Virus record (IMG/VR): IMGVR_UViG_3300012979_000032
Span: 28,915 to 92,914 of that record
DNA: 64,000 bases
Reading direction: 5' to 3' (one strand)
From: a virus
Taxonomy: Duplodnaviria; Caudoviricetes
The notes under the pieces are model-generated. The model had not been told where the DNA came from. It saw only the letters and a list, made by a program, of their open reading frames with translations, and made no database searches. The position numbers and the translations under genes were made by a program. Below, in pieces: positions 1 through 15,500 of this stretch. Position 1 is the stretch's first letter, and every line of letters starts with the position of its first letter.

Positions 1-192
1 TGTAGCCGGAGATGAACATCCACTAATAGTAACAGTTCCTATCGTAGATCCATTAATTTTCTTTACTTTTAAAACCAGTCCGTATACTTCAGTAACACTT
101 ACAGCTCTACTCATAGAAAACGGGACCTCAATTGAGGTCCCGCTAAAGGCTGGAATTGTACCCGGTAAGACTGGTGGATACAATTTAGCCAT
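1..192 (-). CDS. Structural/tail-region protein, N-terminal part (runs off window)
   Basis: ATG at 192 after GAGGAA RBS; open frame MAKLYPPVLPGTIPAF... to the window edge. Confidence 0.7.
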   Translation of the reverse strand, partial: MAKLYPPVLPGTIPAFSGTSIEVPFSMSRAVSVTEVYGLVLKVKKINGSTIGTVTISGCSSPAT

Positions 193-194
193 AA

Positions 195-374
195 TTATTC
201 CTCCTCTACAACTGGCGCAACTGCGTTAGCTGCGGCAATCGCAGACTCAGACTCGACAATCTTTTGTAAAGTCTGGATGCACTGCACCATAGCAAAAGAA
301 TTTTCTCCATGAGTATCAATAAGCATTAAAGTATTGATTACTCGATTAAGTAGTTCCATATTTTGATTATTCAT
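195..374 (-). CDS. Small hypothetical protein (59 aa)
   Basis: MNNQNMELL... with GAGGAG RBS, TAA stop, coupled to neighbouring genes. Confidence 0.7.
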   Translation of the reverse strand: MNNQNMELLNRVINTLMLIDTHGENSFAMVQCIQTLQKIVESESAIAAANAVAPVVEEE

Positions 375-762
375 GCTCCTCTTCCTCCTCAATCATAAAA
401 TTAATCGCCGCCAAATCAACGGGAGTTATTTCTAAAGATTCTAAAAGACTTATAGGTAATTTTAATATTTCTACTTCGCTCTCAAAAGAATCTAATACCT
501 ATCTTGCTTTTAAACACTCTTCATATTTTCCCTCTTGGATTTGGAATGACCCATCATTATTTTGCAAGGCTTGTCCGTTAGAATCTAAAACCAAATAATC
601 AACAATAAAATTCCGCTCTTGAATTAGGTAAAAATCAAATTCTTTTTTTAAAGACAATAAATTTCTACTTAATAAAAAGCTAAGTTTAAAAGGTAATTTG
701 GTTTCAGATAAATTCTAAATTGCAATGTATGCATCAGAAATTTGTTTAAAATTTAATTTCAT
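367..762 (-). CDS. Hypothetical tail-region protein (131 aa, 2 in-frame TAG), missed by ORF track
   Basis: AAGGAG RBS, ATG 762, MKLNFKQISDAYIAIQNLSETKLPFKL..., open to TAA 367 if TAG is sense. Confidence 0.75.
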
Positions 763-790
763 TTAAAAAACTCCTTTTTCCCCAATATTT

Positions 791-3700
791 TTATACCCAA
801 GTTAATGTCTAGGTTACACCATTAACAACTCGTGTACTTCCTGCATGATATTTAGTGCAAGTCGCATCACTCTTTCCCTTGGAATAACCATTTGAATAGG
901 CGGCCGCTACCGCGTCGGTATAAAACTTAGTAGCGGCCATATTAAAAGTTTTTTTACTTGTTGCTCCAGCTACAGTGATAGAAAGAGTTATTGTTCCACC
1001 ACTCTCTGAAAATGATACACTATCAGAAGAAAAAATTGAAGCTGCATCAGGAGTACTTGCCGTGCCAGCAGGGGTAATTGTACAAGATAACTTTCCTTCC
1101 GAAGCAGTAATCGTAGCTGGATGGTAATGATTAATAACGGCATCTGCGCATTCTAATAATGCGAATCCAACGCCATTCATGTCTCCCCAATAAATCCCTA
1201 ATCCATTATTAGAATTCGAACTAGAATTACCAGTAACTATGTCATTTGCAGTAAATACTGAAGTTTGTGCCTCAGTTGCTATTGATACTGTACCAGTTAA
1301 ATTACCGTTTTTAGTTCTATCAGCAGTTATAGTACTAGTATAGTATTTAATTACGCTGCCCTCTCCGCCTTTACGAGTAATCTCAAGTTCATCTACTAAA
1401 AATACTCTTTTATCAAACTATTCACACCAACTCATAATATCAGAAATTGCTGCATTAGCTCTTTTTAAGGCTTTTGCTGCTAAATTATTCACTTCTTTGA
1501 TGCGCTAATTGAGTGCCATAGTAATAACTTTAACAACCCAATCTTGGGTTGCCACAAGATGCCAGCCATCATTGCTACTACCATCAAAACCCGTAAAAGA
1601 CTCTTTAAAGAAAATTCCATTATCAGCGAAAATACTTCCCCAAGGATATGACATAGTGCCGAGTGAAGTGACTGTACCACTTCCTGAATAAGTTGGTCGC
1701 CAAACAATAAGAGAACTACCCAAAGAAGAAGAGCCCTATGCTGTTTCTAAAATAACTCCTAATTTTAAGGAGCTGTTGTCATCACTATCATCATACAAAT
1801 GCCATGAGTTTAAAGCACCAGTAGAAAAAGATCCTGGGGTAATAGAAGTCGTGGCCAATGTAATTAATTCAACCTTTTGAGCCGTATCTTCTCCAGTATC
1901 AAAATCTTCAAAATCAATATTATTTAAATCTAAAGTACCGGCAGTTACTGTTTGCGTGGTAACACTTCCTATTACAGTCTTTCCTAAGATACGATAATCT
2001 GCAATCCATAATTTTCCTTTCATCTCTTTATTTTTTATAGCACCAAGCCTAATGAAAGGAACTCCATCATCTGAATTATCAGAAGGATTTCCTGACCACA
2101 TAATAACTTCACCTAATCGAGAAGCAATCATATCTTTACTAATCTGCCAACCGCCAACAATACCATTACGCATATCTATCCAACCGTTTTGTAAATCAAT
2201 AAAAGATCCTTGCTGAGCAGGAGTATCGTTATAACTAACTGGTTCTGCTGCCACTTTTCCTTTATTATTTAATTCCCAAACATTCCATCCCGGAGGGATT
2301 GTTTGACCATTAAGACCAGCTGGATATTCACCAAATTTAATTTGAACATTTTTGCCAATGGGCTTTAAAGCATTTAATCTAGCGGTATGAGTGCCGGTAA
2401 TATTATATTTACCATCATAATTAGTAGATTGAATATATTGACCATCATTATCAAAATAAATCATTCCACGTTCATATGGTAAAGATGTGTTTTTAAACTC
2501 ACCTTTTGAAGCATCTGGCACCTCTTTATTTTTATAAATACCAGTAAATAATTTAAATGTAATGGTTCTAGGATCTGGGTCATTTTCAGTTGGAATGTGA
2601 ATCTTTTTACCATTTTTCCAGTAATCATCCATTTGACGTTCTTTGGTATCAATTACAAAACCGCCCATTGGGCCAAACATTTTTAAGCTTGAACTAATGC
2701 CATCTGAACCATCCAAATCAATTTCCATACCTTGCTATGGTCTAATAATAGGCACTTCTCCATTGTGTCCAGTACCCAAATATTTAAATGAAGGACTAAT
2801 ACCATCACTATAAGCACCAGATGAAATAGTTCCATTATTACCATCAAACCAAATTCGACCATGACCAGCTTTACCAATAAAAGCAGTGCCATCAATATTA
2901 AAACCAAAACTTTGATCGCTTTGATGGAAACCATATAACCCCAAACCATTTTGATTATCTTCAAAAGCTTGAGTAATATCACCCATTAACACGCCAGAAA
3001 AAGTATTATTTACATCTTTAATTCCAGCGCCAACCATCGCTGCTAATATTGTACCATTTTTTTCGTCGATTGTCAAGCCGCCATCCCATTTATTTAACAT
3101 TGCAGAACCATATTTATTCTACATAATTAAAACTGGCATAACACATACAATATCATTATTAGAATCTCTTCCATACACACAGAAGTTTTCTGCAATACTA
3201 TTACCTAAAATATACATATCTAATGGCTTTAATAAACCAGAAGGAGTTACTGTAGGATAAAAGGATTCAATTGATCTTGCTTCCGCTTCTGGCTTACCAT
3301 CGGAAGCACGAATGCGAGCAGACCAAGTAATGTTTGGCACATCTTCCAAAAGACTATCTAAAAGACGATAAGGATCTTTATAATACTTAGCATTTGCTCC
3401 ATTTCGATCATAAATAACTCTATTAGCACCAATAACTTGACGATAATATTTTTTAGCATCAATATCATTTGGTCTTGGCGTGATAGTAGGATTTTCAATT
3501 TTTTGAGTGCGCTTTAATAACTTCTTTTTTACCATTGGAATTGGTAAAAAAGTTTTTAATTTATCATCACGAGTATTACCAGTGGGAACCTTATTCCCCT
3601 CTTCATCTAATTTATAATCTCCAGCGACTTTACCAAGATCTTGTAAGACTGGATCAGCGTCAATCTCCTCTTGTGTGTAAGTCTCAAATTCATAAACAAT

Positions 3701-6424
3701 TTTATAAGGGACTTCAGCTTCAATAACTAAATAAAAATCTTGACCGCTTTTATTAAAGCCCTCTTCTTCTGTGACACCTTTCCACTCTAAGATCATATTC
3801 TATCCGCCAGAAGAATGAGGAGTTAATTTAAAAGGTTGTTCAGGAAATTCTTTATAATTAACAAAATTATAAGATACCGGATGAGCAAAGCCGCCTCCTT
3901 CTTTTAATTCTGTAAAATAACCTTCAATTAATTTATTATTATAATCATATAATTCAGGAACAACAATTAAAGCTCCCGGTCCAGAAAGTTCTGAAACGAT
4001 ATTCCCTTCTGTATCTTCACTATATCTGTAAGTTGTAATACTTAAAGCACTTGCAGGTATATCACTCTTAGAAGCGCCATCGTCTCCTTCAATTTCAAAC
4101 AATCTCAAAATAAAAGTAGAATCTGTACCATTAGTACCAGCGATGCCAAAAACCATATTAGCATGAGCTTTTGCTACAGTATCGCCTTTTACAATTCTAC
4201 AGTAAATGAAATTATTAGTTTCCATCTAAGTATAATAATCTTTAATTCTGAAATTTTGTCGAGCATACATATGATGTTCTGCAATTAAAGCTTCTTCATC
4301 AATTTCAGTTTTATCTCGCTGAGGACGGCGTTCAATCATACAATATTTACCAAGAGGAAGTCCAACATCATTATTTGCGTCTTTAACTTCAATATCCTCT
4401 TGGACGTCATATTCTGAATACTCAATACCATTAACGGGCGTAGCAATCATAGTACTATCCAATGGAATATACCATGTAATGACCTCAGTATCATCAACTT
4501 CATATTTAAAGTTATCTTCTCCGCTACCTTCATGAAGAATACCAGCTAAAGTCCGATAAACAGCTTCACAATATCTAACTTGATCAGCTTCAGCAGTATT
4601 TGTAATTAAACCAGAATCCTCATAAATTAAATACTGGCCTTTTAGTCCACCAGGGTCAACAAGAATCTGCAAATCTGCAATTGTATTATCTGTATATTTT
4701 TCTGGATAATAGGCCAAATTTGGGAAGACTAACTCTTGACTTGTAATATGTTTAATTTCACTGCGCATCTCCGTATAAAGAGTTAATGCAGTAATCAAAT
4801 CGCCATATTCTTCATCACTTATCTCTCCATTATTTTCTTTACGCAAAGTATTGATTTTACTTTTTCCTGCATTTAATGTCATTGTACCATCCATAACATC
4901 GTATAAAACGTCTTGACATTCTTCATATGCTGCGCTTGCATTATCATTATTTGCAATTACTTTAAATTCATCTGTTAAAGCAAACTGTGCATTAATATAA
5001 CGCTCGCTTGGGACAGATACAACTGCCTTAAATCTCAATGACGGAATTGTTGTATTATTAGTCGGAGTAATAAAAGTATATTTAAATTCATTCTTTGGTA
5101 AGAAATTCTCATCCAAAGTACTTGCAATTTCAATCCAATTCTTATCTGCAGATTTATAACCAGTATAGCGGCTAGCTTGTTCAGCACGCTCATTGCGCTC
5201 TGCTAAAAGTAATTTTAAACGTTCTAAGTCAGCTTCTACCTAATCTTTTTGAGTAGCTGAATTCTAATAATCTGGATCGTCTTCCGCAATATTTTCTAAT
5301 CTTTCAGTTAAAATCTTCAAATCTTCTTCAAGCTCTTTTATTTCTTTTGCAACGGAAGCAATGTAAGTACTATCATACTAAAACCAACGGATATCGGCCT
5401 TAGTCTCTGGCTGAGGATATTTATCGGTATTGGCCGCACCAGTATATTCTGGGTTTCTAGGAATTTCTACATAATCATCAACAACAACGGCACTTACACC
5501 TTCTGCAACATGAATCCATTTCGCTTCAATAGTTTTCTCTTCGCCTTGAGCAGATTCACCATCAAAAGATTGCTCATCAGAAGTAAAAATTCTTAAATCA
5601 TCACCATCAAAATTACTAATGTCGTATCCAACAGAAACATAAGGTGCTTTCATAAAAATATTTGATGGAATTTTTTTACCATCTTCAGTTCCTGGAGCTT
5701 TTGTGCCATCAGTTAAACGGAAATTATTTCCTTGGAAAAACGTCAAAGATAAAGATTTAATTTCCTCAATAGCACTAATATCTAAAAGAACTTCTTGATT
5801 ATAAAAAGTTTCATAAAAATACGGATTACCATACATTTCATCCGTTGTTAGCTAAAATGGAGTAAGTTCTCCAAGAGCGTTTTCAACAATTAAAGCTAAT
5901 CCATAATCGCCGCTCATAATATCAGCATCAGCAAGCCAAGTTTTAAATTGGGCTTTCAAAGCTAAGCGATCAAAACCTCGTAAATTTAAATTTTGAGCTT
6001 CCCAAATAGTAATTGATTTTTCTTTCTCATAATTTGCCGTCAATTCCCATTGAGAAGCACTTAGAGAAGTAATCAAATTACCAGTGATATCAAGAAAACT
6101 TTCCATAGGATTAATATAATTATAATAAGCGTCGCCATCTTCAATATATTTACCGATAATAATTTTATTTTCGGCTGAAGTGTCTCCACGAGGAATTGTT
6201 ACATATACGCAATCATTGCGTTGATAGCTGGTATTTTCAGAATGGGCCTAAAACTTATTCGTTTGTTCAGCACCAATTTCAGCTACAGTATAAATTCCTT
6301 TATCTGCCTAATCAGCATTCACAATTACTGCTTTAATAGTAGTATCATAATTAAGGCTTTGTAGTCGAGCACTAATAATCTCATCTACAGCATTAAATAG
6401 ATTTTCAGTAGCTTGATTTGCCAT
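791..6424 (-). CDS. Large tail/baseplate/fibre protein (~1877 aa, TAG-recoded)
   Basis: ORF-track fragments 809, 1505, 1736, 2735, 3119, 3800, 4226, 5378, 5852 share one frame and the ends checked are TAG; ATG 6424 with AAAGGAGG RBS; TAA at 791; lies directly downstream of the tape measure gene. Confidence 0.8.
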
Positions 6425-6499
6425 AAAAGGCCTCCTTTCTCTCTTTACCTATTATCTATAAAAGTTAGCATTTTTTTATTTATCATTATTGCCCAAATA

Positions 6500-6532
6500 A
6501 AAAAATAGGGTAGAGATTTCTCTCTACCCTAA
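6500..6532 (-). terminator. Rho-independent terminator after tape measure gene
   Basis: TAGGGTAGAGA/TCTCTACCCTA inverted repeat followed by a T-run on the minus strand. Confidence 0.75.
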
Positions 6533-6535
6533 ATT

Positions 6536-9500
6536 TTATACCTTTCTATTAGCATACTGAGCTGCCAAATTAACAAGGTCGCCAAAAGCTTCCTCAATTT
6601 GATTCTTATCAGTAACTGCAGGGAAGCTGGCTTCAATATGAACTTCTTGTTGTAAAGTTCCTTGATTTCCATTAACGCCAGAGGACATTAAAGAAATAAA
6701 GCCGCCTGCAGATGCTAAAGCATTCAAATCAATTACGCTAGCAATTTGACGTAAGATTCCAACAGAAGCAAGCATATTAGCAGTATCTTCTGCGTTAAGA
6801 ACGAGTTCCTTCTGATGCAGATAAGCAAGACGTCCTTCAGATCCCCATGCACCAGTATATCCACCAGTGTCATAACCTTCTGGATTCTCTTGGCGCTCCC
6901 TTCTTCTTGCTTCAATTTCAGCAAGCACTCCGGGATCAATATCTAGATCTCCGATTTCGCCATAAGCGGTTAAGAAGTCAAGTAATACGCCTAACATAGC
7001 ATCAGTTTCAGCTTCCATGGTAGCCATAGCCTAAGAATAATTATTTACCATGTTAGTTACTGCGTCTCCAATAGAAGTGATCTGACTGACAATCTCAGTT
7101 GCGGCATCAGTGATATCATCAGCAGCATCTTCAGCCTCTTGAGTTGCTGCTTGAATATTACCCAGTAACGCAGATGCCAAATCCTAAGTTTCAACACCCG
7201 CTGCTGCGTTCGCGGCCGCAATTTGTTGTCTCATTGTAGAGTAAGCAGTAACAAGACGTCCAATCAAGCTTTCTCCAGATGGATGCGCAGGATCAGAACC
7301 AAAAACAGCTTCATTAAAGTTCTAGTAGAACTCTTCTTGAGATTCAAATCCGCTGACTTGAGAAAGAACTGTCTAATTCCATTTAGTAACATAATTCTGT
7401 TCCGCAGATAGCTTATATCCAGTATATTTACTAAAGTTAGTCCAATCTTTCTCATAGAGTTCTTTATTGTTACCAAGAACTTTATTCATTTCACTATTAT
7501 AATACTCCATTTGAGCAGTATAATGTTCAGTAATGCGCTGGACTTCGGCTTGGTACTTTTCTTCAGTGTCGTAAATTGTAGTATCAATCGCCGCAATTTC
7601 ACTTAACATCTGAGAAGAAAGATTAGCCATATTTTCGCTTAAGCCAGTGATATATTCATCATTTGCTTTTTGCATTTCATATAGTCTATCAGCATAATCA
7701 GACTCAGCTTTAGCAACAGCATCTTCATCCGCAGTATATACGTAGTTATAGTTACCTTCAGAATCACGTCTCATAGTTACTTGGCTCTTAGCATTTTGGA
7801 CTTCATCCAATGCAATTTCTGCCATTTTAAGATCTAATTTCTTCTGGAGATAATCTAGATCGTAAGCACTTAGCTCCTAATCACTTTCAAGTAAATTATT
7901 AAGCTCTTTCTGATATTTCAGGAGTTCTTTTTGTGCGCGTACATTAGAGGTACTATCAATCTTATCAGTGAGATCACGAGTCATTTTAGTGAGTTGATAA
8001 ATCTTTTCATAATCATCAACATAATTTTGATCTCGTTCATTTACCTTTGCAAAAGCATCTTCAAGTTCAGACAATCCTCCGGCTAAGCCACCAGACATCA
8101 TTTCCCCAATATCTCGGACTGCTGCTTCCATATTGCTTTGGAAAGCGTCGGCAGCTGCCTGGAGAGCCTCTTCCCAGGAGGAGAGGAAAGCTTCTTGAGC
8201 TTCATTCATATTATCTTGTGCGGCTTGGTAAGTATCTTTAGCAGCCTTTAATGCAGCAGCATCAATACCGCCTTCGGCGTAAGAAGCCTGCGCAGCTTCA
8301 TAGGCAGCCTTGGCCTCATCATATTCAGCTTTTACTGTGTCATATTTAGTTTTATTGGTTTCAAGCTTTGCAATAGATTGAGCAGCAATAGCATCGTTAA
8401 TACTCTTTAGCATAGTAGAATTAAATCCACTCATGGTTCTGCCAGTTAAGTCAATAATATTTCTATAAGTTGAAGTAATAGCTTGCGCATGTTCAACAGT
8501 AGAAATATAACGATCCATATCAGCATTGAATTCCTCAAATGCATTAGCCATATGTTCGATAGAATTGACCATTTGCTCAGACATTTGCTCTGAAGCATCC
8601 ATTAATCCTTCCATAATAGTTTGAATTAATTCGATATCTCCAGATTGCATTCCTGCATTAACGAGATCCTCTGAACTGATATTTCCGTTCATTAAGTCTT
8701 CTGCTGACCAAACAGTTCCTTCTGGACTATAAGCTTTAAGCAGATCATCTAAAGCAGATTTATGAGCATCAAACTGAGTCTATGCGATATCCATTTGTTG
8801 GCTCATTAATCCAATAGCCTCAGCTGCACTATAAGCATCGTCTTCAATGCGACTTAATTTATGTTCAAGATAGCCGAGTTGAGCTTCAGTTACTTCAAGA
8901 GCGGTATCAAGTTTGGTTTGAATCTGTCCGATAATATTATCATGCCATTCATTTAAGAAATCATCATATTCCATGCCAAGATCTTCAAGAAGCTCCATTG
9001 TTTCTTCATATTGTTCAAGAGCTTCTTTTGGATCATCAATTAAAGTTTGTTTCAAATAATCTTCATAACCAGAATAGTATTCGCCATCTTTGTTAGTCAT
9101 ATCAGAATATTTTTCATCTAACTCTTCTTGAGCTTCTGCTGACATGTTATTATATGAATCAATTGCTGCATTATATTTATCAATTTGAGAACTTAAAAAT
9201 TCATCATAATTATTGACATTTCCGTTACCATCAAAAGTCCAACCTGCTGATAAGGCAGCAGATAAGTCTTTCTTTCTCCATTCTTCTGCTTGGCGCATTT
9301 TTTCTTCAACAGCAGCGATTTGCTCTTTAAGAATCTTAGACTCCTATTGCATTGCACTAATGCGATTTTTGCCCCAAGCACGGTCTTCTTCTTTATTTAA
9401 GCGTTCATAGGCATCAGCTAAATCGTCGATAACATTATCAATTTCGTGGTAGCGTTCAATATTATCTTTTTTATTGATTTTATTAGCTCGACGAGGATCT

Positions 9501-12500
9501 CGACGGCCACCGCCGCCTCCTCCACCGCCGCCTCCACCTCCACCGCCGGTACCAGTTTTTTCGGCGCGCTTGGTGAAATTAGGAGAACTTCCCCCACTAT
9601 TTTTACCTTTCGGGACTTGCACAGAATAAGTTGTGGCAGTACCATTTTCAACGTCTTCATTGACTTGGTCAATTGTAATGGTTTTTGGTTGTCCATCTGC
9701 TCCAAGGACAGTTACTGGAACCGGAGAGGTGCTAATATGCTTTTTCAAACCTTCAGCATCCATTTCGACAGTTTCAAACTCTAATGGCTCCACGTCATAA
9801 CCCAACATATTCATTGCATCATTTGCAATAGCTACGGCTTCCTCAAAAGATTTTCCTGAAGCCATGGCATCGCTAACGACTCCGCTCCAGAATCCATTTA
9901 AGGTTGCATAGGCTTCATCTGTCCCGGTAATAACATCTCCAGCATTAAAATTAAGTTTACTAATATCATCAGCCAGTCCTGCCAATTCTGCTCTAGCTTC
10001 ACCGAAGTTCTTTTTTAATACATCTTCCGCAGCTCTAGACTGTAATTCATCCAAAGCTTTTTGCCCTTTTTCTCCAGCATTTTCAGCAGCAGTAGCTATT
10101 AATTCAAGGTTTTCTTCATTCTATAAGAAACTATCACTCAAAGCATTGGCTTGCTTCTCAGTCAATCCAAGGACATCTTTATATCCTTTCCGTAAACCTT
10201 TAGCTGCTTCTATCTAGTCTTCCATAGAACCAGTACCATCTTTTAAAGTTTTTGCCCACTTTTTACCGTTAGTGGTTAAATCTTTAAAGCCACGCTCCAT
10301 AGCCTTCAGCTAATTGGCATATTCGCGCTAAAGCTCAATAGCCTCTTCTTTAGTGATATTCATTTCTTCCATCATTTGCTAGACAGACTACATACCGCCA
10401 TCAGAATAATCGGAATCTCCACCCTCAGCAACCATTTTTTCAATGTAAGCATCCTAATCTTGAATACTGGCAAAACCAGCGTCTTTAGCTAATGCCAAAC
10501 GATTATCTGCCGCTACTTGCTTTCCAGTAGTGCCATCAGCAGCGTCATCAATTACTTCATTACCAGTTTCATATCCTGACGCGCGTGCATAGGCATCAGC
10601 ACCAGGCACTGTGGCCATTACAGTCTCTTGAGTATCGCCTTCTCCACGTACCCAATTACCATTAGCGTCTTTACTATAACCCATTTCCGTCATAGTAGCA
10701 TCATCATAGGAAAGACTATAACTACCATCAGCATTACGCTTATACCCTTGTAGTGCCATATATTCATCAGTTTGAGCCTAATTAGCCATTTGCATAAGAG
10801 CTTGTGCAGCTGCCTCTGCAGCTCCTGTTAAAGTATCTAAAGAAACAGCTGATAAATCTGCACCTTCCGCTAATCCAAGAGCGCTTCTAAGCTATTCTTG
10901 TTCAGCAACAGTTAAAGATTCAATACCAGAATCACGAGCCTTCTCTAAAACACTTAATTTCTCTTGCTCTTTCGTTATTGCCTGCATATTTTCAGCAGTA
11001 ATCTAACTTGCCATTTGCTAATTCTTAGAAGTGGTTTCAGCCATAGCACCTGCCCAAATATCATTAACAACGGTCTAAGCATCAGTTTCTTTACCTTCTG
11101 CAATTCCAAAACCGCCTTCTTGAGTATAAGACAATAAAGAAGAATCGATTCCTAAAATGGTCGCCAATAAAGCTCCCATAAACTCAGGATCATTTGTGAA
11201 TGTAGCCGCATCAGCGTCGGTTCTATGATAAACTCCTCTGTCGTCACGAGTTAATAAACCTTTTTGTACTAATACATCTCCTTCAGCCTAAGACATTGTA
11301 GCCAATTTTTCTGGAGTAAGATATTCATCAATAATTCTTCCTGGTTCTGCTAATAACTTAGGTAAGAGATCAGCATTTATATTAGACATAAATTCCTACG
11401 TGGTAGTTGTCTATAAGCCGTAAGCTCCATTGGTTGCTGAACCAGTCCAGTCTAAATAAGCCTAAGCTCCACTTGCTTTATAACTATTTAGATCAAAAGG
11501 ATTATAATTGAAATGTGACATTGCAGACCGCTTATCTTCACCAGTTGCTGTCATCCAAGACATAATCTATTCAGTAGTAGCTCCGGTATTGGCAGGATCA
11601 TTAATTAAAGCTAAATAGGTATTCTTTAATCCCTCAGCATCATTTTGCATCTAAGACAGTAAAGAAGCACTTTCTTCATCCATTAATGCTAAACGGGCAG
11701 ATGAAATTGCTTTAAATGTAGATACCCAAATATCATAAGTCTACTGAGCGGCATTTTGTTCAGAAGCAACTACACCAGCAACGCCCTCTATCATGATATC
11801 CTTAATTTGTCCCCAAGTTTTTGCAGCAGAAGCGCTTAGTAAAATACCTTCATTATCAATAACTTCTTGCATACGAGCAGTAATTTCAGCGCCAGTAGCA
11901 TTATCTCCTAGCTCTTGAATTACACGATCATAAACATCTGCTAATATACCACGCTAATAGTCACTCATACCTTCAATGGCATTAACATCTTCGTTAGCGA
12001 TAGTTTCCCAATAGGTATGCATATAGTCATCCATCACAGCATCTTGGTCAAATCTTGGCATGTTAGCCATACCTTCTTGCCATTCAACTATAATTTCATC
12101 AGTAATATTATTCGGATCATAACCTTTAGCAGTTAACCAAGCCTAGCTAGGATTATTTAGATCATATACACCATTTGTTTGAGACAAATATTGTCCATAA
12201 TTATTATACCATGACAGGGCATCTGTGCCACCTTCAGCATTTGAAAGTGTACGTCCCATAACACTATTATCATAATGCCATAGACCATCTTCTCCTCGAA
12301 CCATAGCACTCGAAGGACTAGTATCAAATTCAGCAAAGTCTGTTAGCATTGAAGCTTTTACAAGATCTCCAATACCGCCAGCTTTTATTTCAGAGAAAGC
12401 TCCTTCTGCGGCAGCTAAAGTAGCAGCTGCATAAGAAGTCCAATCGCCAGGGTCTGCCCCAGCTAGACCATCTCTAATACCGACTTCAACACCATCTACA

Positions 12501-15500
12501 ACATCATGTCCAATAGGAATCATTAAACGAGAAGGGGATTGAGTCTAGTAAGATTCTCTTGCGGCAGCTTCAGTTGCTGCTGCAGCCGGATTCCAATCTC
12601 CAGTATCAAAATTAGCCAATCCTTCGTTAATGCCAGCAGTCACGCCAGCGACAATATCAGTACCGATTTGTTCCCAATCATAAGCCTAAAAAGCAGTTTG
12701 CGCTTGAGTATAAGTCGCATCCGCTGCTCCATCAAAAACCTCCTAATCAGTAACAGTTTCTATAACTCTTTCTGAAGATGGGGCTTCTGGTAAAGGAGTT
12801 GAGGAAGAAGCTAACTCATATACACCATCTGCATTTTTTGTAACTGACTCATTTGCTTCAAGAGCTCCATAAAAAAGAATTTCATATTCTGCTGCCAATT
12901 CAGCATCATGCTATTTTAATTGCTCAATAAAAGCCTGAATAGCTTGAATCTAAGCTATATCTGCGTCAGTCTAAAAGTTCATTTGACCAATGGCGTCAAT
13001 GGCCAAACCCATTTCTGCTCGTCTCTGTGCAGTCGCACTATCTAACCATTCTTTAGTCTTATCATGTGTAACTGTTTCAGTACTTTTCCACCACAATGCT
13101 CCAGTCTCATGAGAAGTATCATAAGTTCCTGTTGCCTGTTGCATCATTTCTTCAACATTACCAGAGTCAAAATCTCTAATAAATTGAGCTGAAGCAGTAC
13201 CTGCATACTTTTCTCGTAAAGCCTATTCTCTATTTTTCTTTAGATTCTCTTCATAATTAACTGTAACAGTAATTTCAGTATCTTTAGTTAAATCAGCATT
13301 TTTTCCTTCCAAATAATTAACAACTGCAGTCATATCAACGCCAGTTTCACTAGTAAATCCTCGCAGTTCTTCGGCAGTAATTGTGCTTTCAGTTCCATCG
13401 GAAAGAGTTACTGTAATAGGATAATCATTTGGCAGTGCAGCTAAATCTGTTGCTAAATTATCAACTTCACCCTAAATAGTGCCTAAATTAGTTGAGAATG
13501 TTAATTGTCCAGCATTTAGCTAAATGCCATTTACAGCAGTAGAATCTGTATATCCACTTTCACCCTCAACATCCATGGTTACTTCGCCAGAGTCATTAGA
13601 GCTTAATCCATATCTAGCTAAAGTTTCTTCAATCTAGCCAAAATCGCCTTCATATTTAATAGTTTTTCCATCAAGACTAATCTTATCTACTTCTAACTAT
13701 AAGGCGCTTTGCTAACCTTCTGCCCCCCCAGCCAGTATTAATGAAATAGTTTTAGATCCAGGAGTTCCGCCAACAATAGCAGTATACTATTCAGTATAAT
13801 TACCATTAGTACCATTAAATGTAATAGTTTTTGTAGCCCCATCGGCAGTGCAAGAGGTATAAGTATCTGTATAAGTTTGGCCTTCAGTTCCAATAAAAGT
13901 AATTGTTTTAGTTTCATTATCAGCGGTGCAAGACTCATATGTAGTGGTATAGGTCTATCCTTCTGTACCAATAAAAGTGATGGTTCTTGTTGCTCCATCG
14001 GCAGTGCAAGCCAGAAATTCAGCAGTATACTATTCGCCATCAGTTCCCAAGAACGTAATAGTTCTTGTTGCCCCATCAGCCGTACAGCTTTCATAAACTG
14101 CCTAATAAGATTCACCCTCTGCTCCAATAATTGTAATAGTTTTTGTCCCTGGATCTTGAAGAATCTTAATTTTTCCTGCAGCTTCTTCATCATTAACTTC
14201 TGGTGTTAAAGTAAAAGATCTATCTTCTGTTAAAGAATCAATTTCATCATATACACTCTAAGCAATATCAACAGCTTCAATAGATAGTAAACTATTATAT
14301 TCTTTAGCTTTTTCATTATCTACCGCCATTCCAGCAAAAGCAGCTTCCATTGCAGCAGCTGTCTTTTTGCGGATAGCATCGGCAGAATCATCATCGTTTA
14401 AATTTTGTAAAATAGCCTGGATTCTTTCAGCACTAACTCCAGCTTCATATAATGATGTTTTTAGATCAGCAATATTCTCAAAACTTAGAGTATCAGCAGA
14501 TTCTAAATTATCTCTTATAGTGCTCATTGCATCAGAAGCACCAGATTTTTTAGTATTCCAAATTTCATCTTGGGCTTCTTTTGCGGCTATTGCTTTTTCT
14601 CGAGCCTTAGAATAGTAATCATCCTCAGCCTATCGCTTTTCCATCATTAAAGCTTTAAATGCCGCAGAATCTTCTGGATATCCAGCAATTCTAGCATCTA
14701 GCCATCTTGAATAAGCTTGATAAGAAGCTTCATACCACTCTTCATCGGACATGCTTAAATATTCTGTATAAAGATTTGGATCAATTTCTTTTAAAATTGT
14801 TAAATCTTCCGCAGTCATGCTTGCTCTGTTGGAAATCGCTTTTTCGAAGACTCCTTCATATTTAGCAGCCTCTCGCTCTAATTCAATAACTCGTTCAAGA
14901 ACGGCTTCGGCTTCCTCAATACCTTCACCGCTGGCTAAAGCCTCCTAATAAGCTTTCACTGCCTCTGCACAATATTCATATCCACTAGCTAAAGCAATTA
15001 ATGATTTAGAGTAAGTCTCTTGACTAATAGTATTATTAGACAACATAGCCTACAATTCTTCAACAGTTGTAGCTGTAGAAGCAATCATTTCTTCCAATTC
15101 TTGAGTAGCCACTGCCATCTATGCTGGGTCAGTTGCTTTCTAAACGAAATCAAATAAAGTTTCTAGTCTAGAAATATCTCCATTTTCGGCTTCTGCAATA
15201 ATTTCATCAATTATTTCTCCAGTATATCCAGCATTGGCAAGCATGGTTCGAAGAGCCTCATTCTTCTCATCGGTATATAAATCTTCAAACGCTTGAGCCG
15301 CGCCCTCTCTATCAGCATCATCCCAGTTAAATTTGGTAACAGCTTCAATGCCAGCAACATTTTTATAAGAATCTAATAATTCCTTCTAATCTAAAGCCAT
15401 TTGTTTAGTGGCTTCTCGCATTGCTTCTGCATCACCAATGAATTTACGACTTCCATCAGCCTATAAAGTAAAGAAATCTGCATATGCTTTATTAATTTTT